From the IMG/VR virus record IMGVR_UViG_3300031949_000108, positions 1 through 36,402 of that record: 36,402 bases of DNA. One strand, 5' to 3'. The DNA comes from a virus (Duplodnaviria; Caudoviricetes). The position numbers and the translations under genes were made by a program. Positions 32,084-36,402 of the stretch are shown one piece after another. Below the pieces are notes generated by a model that saw nothing but the letters and a program-made list of their open reading frames with translations, was not told the origin of the DNA and searched no databases. Positions within the stretch are counted from its first letter, which is position 1; each line of letters begins with the position of its first letter.

Positions 32084-33042
32084 TGAGAGTTATACCTTCG
32101 TACCCTAAAGTATGGGCATTAGGTCATCCTGCTATAGCGGACTTACTTCAGGAACCCGTATTAGTACAAGAGAAAATTGATGGATCGCAGTTTTCATTTT
32201 GCCTCCTTCCTGATAATACATTGCTAATGCACTCTCATAGGGCTGAGGTCTTCGAGGAAACGGCTGGTATGTTTAAGCTTGCTACTCAAACCGTCAATGA
32301 GCTAAAAGCATTCCTTACCCCTAGCTGGATTTATCGAGCTGAATATTTAGCCAAGCCTAAGCACAACGCCCTAGCGTACCAACGTGTTCCGCTGAAAAAC
32401 CTTATATTGTACGACATCGAGACCGGGCCTAGTACCTTCCTTCCGTGGCATGAGTTAGCGCGTGAAGCGTATAAGCTTGGTTTAGAAGTAGTTAATCACT
32501 ATGGCGTGAAAATGATTTCTAGCCTCGATACAATCAAAGAGTTACTAAACGAGAAGCCGTTACTTGGCGGCCCTATGATCGAGGGTGTTGTCATCAAAAA
32601 CTATGGGCGCTGGGGTGTAGATGGCAAGGTCCTAATGGGGAAGTACGTATCAGAGAAATATAAGGAAACGCATAACGCTAGCTGGAAGACAGCTAATCCT
32701 AGCAAGGGTGACATTATATGGACCCTTGGCAATGCTCTAAGGGTCGAAACACGATGGGAAAAAGCTGTACAACGCTTTAAGGAAGAGGGCAAGCTTACTA
32801 ACGCACCGCAGGATATTGGCCCGCTTATACTTGATATTCAAGATGACGTACTCGCAGAAGAGTTTGCCAATATCCAGAAGGCGCTCTTTGACTATGCTTG
32901 GCCGCAAATCAAGCGCCGTGTAATTGCTGGCTTTCCTGAGTGGTATAAGATGCGACTAGCTAAAGCAGCTTTTGAAGGGGATAACGTAGGTGTGGATAGC
33001 ACTGACAACCCATCTGAGCAAGATGGTGAGAAAGGAGAGTAG
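32083..33042 (+). CDS. ATP-dependent RNA ligase (Rnl2-like nucleotidyltransferase)
   Basis: Motif I QEKIDGSQ, III YRAEY, IIIa ILYDI, IV IEGVVIK, V GKYVSEKYKE; helical C-terminus with no OB-fold evident. Confidence 0.82.
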   Translation: MRVIPSYPKVWALGHPAIADLLQEPVLVQEKIDGSQFSFCLLPDNTLLMHSHRAEVFEETAGMFKLATQTVNELKAFLTPSWIYRAEYLAKPKHNALAYQRVPLKNLILYDIETGPSTFLPWHELAREAYKLGLEVVNHYGVKMISSLDTIKELLNEKPLLGGPMIEGVVIKNYGRWGVDGKVLMGKYVSEKYKETHNASWKTANPSKGDIIWTLGNALRVETRWEKAVQRFKEEGKLTNAPQDIGPLILDIQDDVLAEEFANIQKALFDYAWPQIKRRVIAGFPEWYKMRLAKAAFEGDNVGVDSTDNPSEQDGEKGE

Positions 33043-33045
33043 TAA

Positions 33046-33615
33046 ATGGCAGCGACACAGGATGTAATTGCGGGGTATGAGTCAATTGAAGATTTAGGTG
33101 ACGTTGAGGTAGAACGAGAGCCAATTCCAGCGCGGACTGATGTTGAGCTTCACATGGCGGCTTTCGATCTCGACATCGAGGAAAAAGGAAAGGAGCACTT
33201 CATTGCGCGATTCGAGGTATTAGCGCCGGAGGACCATGAAGGCCACGTCTTTTTCCAGCGTATGTACTTAGGCAACACGCCTAAGGAAGGGAAGAAGGCG
33301 ACTGCAACCGCATGGTATATGACACTCCGGACGCTCAAGGCGTTGGTTGCTGGTATCTTGCAGTTGCCCGAGAATAATGAGGGTGTGCGCTTGTTCTTCT
33401 CAGGAATCGAAGTTGATCCTGAGAATCTTGGGGCAACCCTGTTTATGGGGATACGAGACAAGATGAGAACGCTTATCAACCAGCCCTTTGCTACCAGGAT
33501 TGGTGTTGAGCAGGACAAGAAGAAGGAATATGATCCTAAGCAGACAATTGGTAAGGTACGTATTCCCAAGGAAGATAAGGAGGACGTGGCGGTGGGAGAG
33601 GCGATTAGCGCATAG
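33046..33615 (+). CDS. Putative ssDNA-binding protein (DUF669-like OB fold)
   Basis: AAGGAG SD; EPIPA...ARFEVL...EGHVFFQRM; position downstream of the Sak4-like gene. Confidence 0.55.
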   Translation: MAATQDVIAGYESIEDLGDVEVEREPIPARTDVELHMAAFDLDIEEKGKEHFIARFEVLAPEDHEGHVFFQRMYLGNTPKEGKKATATAWYMTLRTLKALVAGILQLPENNEGVRLFFSGIEVDPENLGATLFMGIRDKMRTLINQPFATRIGVEQDKKKEYDPKQTIGKVRIPKEDKEDVAVGEAISA

Positions 33616-33641
33616 GCTTATGGCCTAAGGAGCGTTAATCA

Positions 33642-33860
33642 ATGGGTAGGCGGGCACGACGGGCTTCGTCTAGTACCGAGTGGTACAAAAGTGACGATTA
33701 TATAGCGTCGTGGGTAACTGCGCGACAAGATACAGATTGTACAGCTTCGCGCACCCTACCCAGAATTAAGAATGCGGCTAAGCCTACTTCGCTTAAACCT
33801 TTCAATGATAGTTTAAAAAGGTGGTTAATAGCTTATCTCAAGCTGAAAAAGGAGCGTTAG
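33642..33860 (+). CDS. Hypothetical protein
   Basis: AAGGAG upstream; 72 aa. Confidence 0.45.
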   Translation: MGRRARRASSSTEWYKSDDYIASWVTARQDTDCTASRTLPRIKNAAKPTSLKPFNDSLKRWLIAYLKLKKER

Positions 33861-33861
33861 T

Positions 33862-34122
33862 ATGCCGTATATATCACAGGAAGCTCGTGAGAAGTTAAGC
33901 ACCTTACAAATTCCCGATTCACCAGGAGAGCTTAACTATCTTATTAGCAGGATGATCGATGAATATATATTACGGAGCAAGGGTAGAGAATATTTTGCAA
34001 CCTACTCACTATACAACGAGGTTATTGGCGTTTTAGAGTGTGTGAAGCTTGAGCTGTATCGCCGAAAGGTAGCACCCTACGAAGATTGTAAGATTATAGA
34101 GAATGGAGACGTGTACAAGTGA
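33862..34122 (+). CDS. Conserved phage protein (DUF6899-like)
   Basis: MPYI...GELNY...YNEVIGVLECVKLELYRR..APYED.KI.ENGDV. Confidence 0.8.
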   Translation: MPYISQEAREKLSTLQIPDSPGELNYLISRMIDEYILRSKGREYFATYSLYNEVIGVLECVKLELYRRKVAPYEDCKIIENGDVYK

Positions 34123-34376
34123 AAAAGAGTGATGACGGAGGTCCAGCGTATCCGTTGTGCACTAGTGAGTGGCGAGATGTAATAGCTGGCGGTGTTATTG
34201 GCATGTCGCTACGAGACTACTTTGTGGCAGCAGCGTTGCAGGGAATGTTAGCACGCCCTTCCTTTTACATGGACTACGCCAAATTCACCAAGGCGTCCGA
34301 GGAGGAGAGCGCTGCATATTACGCGTTCGAGCTTGCCGACGCCATGCTAGTTGAGAGGGCGAAGAGAGATGAGTAG
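34119..34376 (+). CDS. Conserved small phage protein
   Basis: GGPAYP...GMSLRDYF.AAALQG...ADAML..R motif. Confidence 0.8.
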   Translation: MKKSDDGGPAYPLCTSEWRDVIAGGVIGMSLRDYFVAAALQGMLARPSFYMDYAKFTKASEEESAAYYAFELADAMLVERAKRDE

Positions 34377-34599
34377 CTCCTGTCGCCATAAACAAATGCG
34401 CAGCTCATGCAAACATAAACAGTATTGGCTCTTTGTGCCAAAAGACGACGTAGGCACGATTGGCATAATGTGGTGCTCCGAATGTGGTGCTATCCGGTAC
34501 GAGCGAAAGACTCGTTGGATAAAACCTGGCAATGTGAGAAAAGCCATCAAACAGCACTTCCGCCAGTGGCACAATATGCGTAGGCGCAACGCTAAATGA
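34369..34599 (+). CDS. Small zinc-binding protein with a 9-aa N-terminal duplication
   Basis: MSSSCRHKQ-MRSSCKHKQ...WCSECGA. Confidence 0.6.
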   Translation: MSSSCRHKQMRSSCKHKQYWLFVPKDDVGTIGIMWCSECGAIRYERKTRWIKPGNVRKAIKQHFRQWHNMRRRNAK

Positions 34600-34970
34600 A
34601 AACTCTTGTTCCAGCCCTTGGCTCACTCAAGCCCGACACTGCGAGGCAACCAGCCGAATCTGCTTGGCAGGCAGCGTCCGTCTTCGCACGCATGGACAGC
34701 GAAACGAAAGACGAAAAGACGAGCGAACGTTCCCGTAGCCCCCTTCAGGGACGAATGGGGCTACTACGGGAAATAAATTGTACTAAGGTCATAAAGAAAA
34801 AGCGTCGTCGTTTTTATCCCTTAGAGCGCGAATGCGGCTGTTACGCTGGACTGCGTTTTAATCTTAGTAAGAACTGCTATATTGAATTTGCTTGGAAACC
34901 TCATCGTATAGAATGCAGGTGGTCTTTCCTTGACCAGCCTGTGGTAATATTCAAAAAATTCTATGCCTAA
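34596..34970 (+). CDS. Hypothetical protein (start uncertain)
   Basis: 124-aa ORF overlapping both neighbours by a few nt. Confidence 0.4.
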   Translation: MKTLVPALGSLKPDTARQPAESAWQAASVFARMDSETKDEKTSERSRSPLQGRMGLLREINCTKVIKKKRRRFYPLERECGCYAGLRFNLSKNCYIEFAWKPHRIECRWSFLDQPVVIFKKFYA

Positions 34971-35739
34971 ACACCCTTACCACGTAGAAGACCGTCTAGC
35001 CCACGGCGCTCTATGCTCAGCTTGCCCGCTGAACGGACAGCGTAAAGTAGGACACGACGGTCCTATAAACGTTGAGTTTGTAGCTATAGCTGAGGCGCCA
35101 GGAGAGGATGAAGAGAGCTATGGAGCTGCTAGGGGTGAGAAGTACGGGCGGCCTTTAGTTGGGGCTACTGGTAGAATATTCAAGGATAACATAGCTAGGG
35201 TTGGACTTGCAACTAAGATAGTTGGTAGTCATCCTTTCTACCCTAGTTTCACTGACTTGAAGGTCCACTTGATGAATGTCGTTATGTGTCGCCCTCCTAA
35301 GAACAAGATAGACTCACCTGCTGGTAAGAAAGCTGTACGCTGCTGTGCTAATAGCGCACGCTGGTTTATTAACCAGTTACTAGCTAAGAACTCTGATATA
35401 ACCCTTTTGCCTATGGGTGGCACGGCACTTGAGCTACTACTAAATAAGGAAGCCTCAATCATTGCTTATCGTGGTCGTGTACTAGGCCCATCTGAGAACC
35501 TAACACTAGCCTATGAGCCTGATGAAGCCATCTTAAAATTCGTGCTTCGTGGCCAGAAGCCAAAGGAGGAGTGGTGGCCTCACTTAGAAAAGCTCTTGAA
35601 GCTTATCTTAGCGCTCCAACGCCGTGGTATTACTTCGGCCATAAAGCGGGAGATGCTAGCGTCAAACCCTTGGCTAAGCGAGTGGGCAAAACTATGGACC
35701 AAACAGCGAAACATGCTAAGAAAGTGTGTAAGTAATTAA
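34963..35739 (+). CDS. Family-4 uracil-DNA glycosylase-like protein (SPO1 polymerase N-terminal type) with degenerate motif B
   Basis: CSACPL, IAEAPGEDE, PLVGATG, NVVMCRPPKN, MGGTAL, YRG; no HP(A/S) motif. Confidence 0.8.
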   Translation: MPKHPYHVEDRLAHGALCSACPLNGQRKVGHDGPINVEFVAIAEAPGEDEESYGAARGEKYGRPLVGATGRIFKDNIARVGLATKIVGSHPFYPSFTDLKVHLMNVVMCRPPKNKIDSPAGKKAVRCCANSARWFINQLLAKNSDITLLPMGGTALELLLNKEASIIAYRGRVLGPSENLTLAYEPDEAILKFVLRGQKPKEEWWPHLEKLLKLILALQRRGITSAIKREMLASNPWLSEWAKLWTKQRNMLRKCVSN

Positions 35740-35740
35740 C

Positions 35741-36097
35741 ATGCGACCATCAAACCTAGACATGATCGTGATCGTGTATTTTTGCATAGTCACGTGCATA
35801 GGTGGTGCAGCAGTTATTAGTTTTATAGGAGTTCATGAGAAGGAAAACATTATTCCTAACAACGATCATATCATTTGCTTTACTCCTGGCATAGACGGTG
35901 ACAGCAAACCTTTACTCGATGTATTTACTAGAGGGCCAGCCAAGTTTGAAAATGGGGTATGGATATTCACAGCTAATATACCACAAATAGGTTATAAAAA
36001 GCTTAGAACTAGTACACAATGCTTAGTAATTGAGGATGTCGTACAACCGTTGTCACAAGAGACACAGCTTGTACCAGAGCCAACAGCACAACCATAA
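35741..36097 (+). CDS. Protein with N-terminal membrane anchor
   Basis: MIVIVYFCIVTCIGGAAVISFIGV hydrophobic segment. Confidence 0.6.
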   Translation: MRPSNLDMIVIVYFCIVTCIGGAAVISFIGVHEKENIIPNNDHIICFTPGIDGDSKPLLDVFTRGPAKFENGVWIFTANIPQIGYKKLRTSTQCLVIEDVVQPLSQETQLVPEPTAQP

Positions 36098-36357
36098 TGA
36101 CTCGTTATAATAAGAAAGCTATTGGTTTTTTGTTCTGGCTTATTCTATTACTAGTTGTGCTAGTAGATCATAAACCATCGGAGCTAGATACGCTAAACTA
36201 TTCAACACCTGGCAATACTTGTGACAAAATTTGTTACTGTTGTGAGTTAGGAAATTGGCCTGAGTTACCAGACGATGTTACACCATGTCCATACCCCCCG
36301 TTTGAACGAGAAATGGATGCGTATAAACGAATGACATACGGGGAGCTAAAGAGGTAA
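36097..36357 (+). CDS. Small membrane-anchored Cys-rich protein
   Basis: AIGFLFWLILLLVVLV followed by CDKICYCC...C; TAATG-coupled. Confidence 0.6.
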   Translation: MTRYNKKAIGFLFWLILLLVVLVDHKPSELDTLNYSTPGNTCDKICYCCELGNWPELPDDVTPCPYPPFEREMDAYKRMTYGELKR

Positions 36358-36364
36358 GCTTATT

Positions 36365-36402
36365 ATGGGGAAAACTACAGCTTGGACCGAAGCTGAGCTT
36401 GA
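36365..36402 (+). CDS. 5' fragment of the next gene (MGKTTAWTEAEL...)
   Basis: GAGG SD and ATG, open to the window edge; only 12 codons are visible. Confidence 0.4.
   Translation, partial: MGKTTAWTEAEL

Noticed and set aside
35741-36357. Holin/spanin lysis cassette
   Set aside because: Single N-terminal TM segments but no lipobox, coiled-coil periplasmic domain or adjacent endolysin; located among DNA-metabolism genes.
1-36402. Stop-codon reassignment suggested by abundant TAG-containing words
   Set aside because: Genes are full length and tightly packed in the standard code, and TAG ends several genes directly before the next SD or start.

Overview
This window is a 36.4-kb piece of a tailed dsDNA phage (Caudoviricetes, probably short-tailed) with two divergent arms meeting at a non-coding control region at about 22270-22860. 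The minus-strand arm (22233 to <1) is morphogenesis. In order it encodes small and large terminase, portal, small head proteins, scaffold, major capsid, a likely decoration protein, a head-tail adaptor, an apparently split tail nozzle and ejection-type proteins. It ends with two large Cys-rich proteins carrying signal peptides, one of them a beta-helix tailspike-like protein cut by the window edge. The plus-strand arm (22864 to >36402) holds early and DNA-metabolism genes. These are many small ORFs, a PEP-synthase/PPDK-type ATP-grasp plus phospho-His swivel kinase overlapping a CX5R phosphatase, a PD-(D/E)XK nuclease, a Sak4-like ATPase, an Rnl2-type ligase, an SSB-like protein and a degenerate family-4 UDG. 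The strongest leads are: (1) a three-gene swivel-kinase/phosphatase/paralogue module; (2) apparently secreted, disulfide-rich, Pro/Thr-linker proteins inside the virion operon; (3) back-to-back sigma54 consensus sites with repeated upstream motifs; (4) a branched RNA structure and several long hairpins in the early region; (5) a nozzle split around a repeat protein, with a possible +1 frameshift. All family calls come from motif recognition by eye and no database search was run. No integrase, lysis genes, DNA polymerase, tRNA or CRISPR array were recognised.
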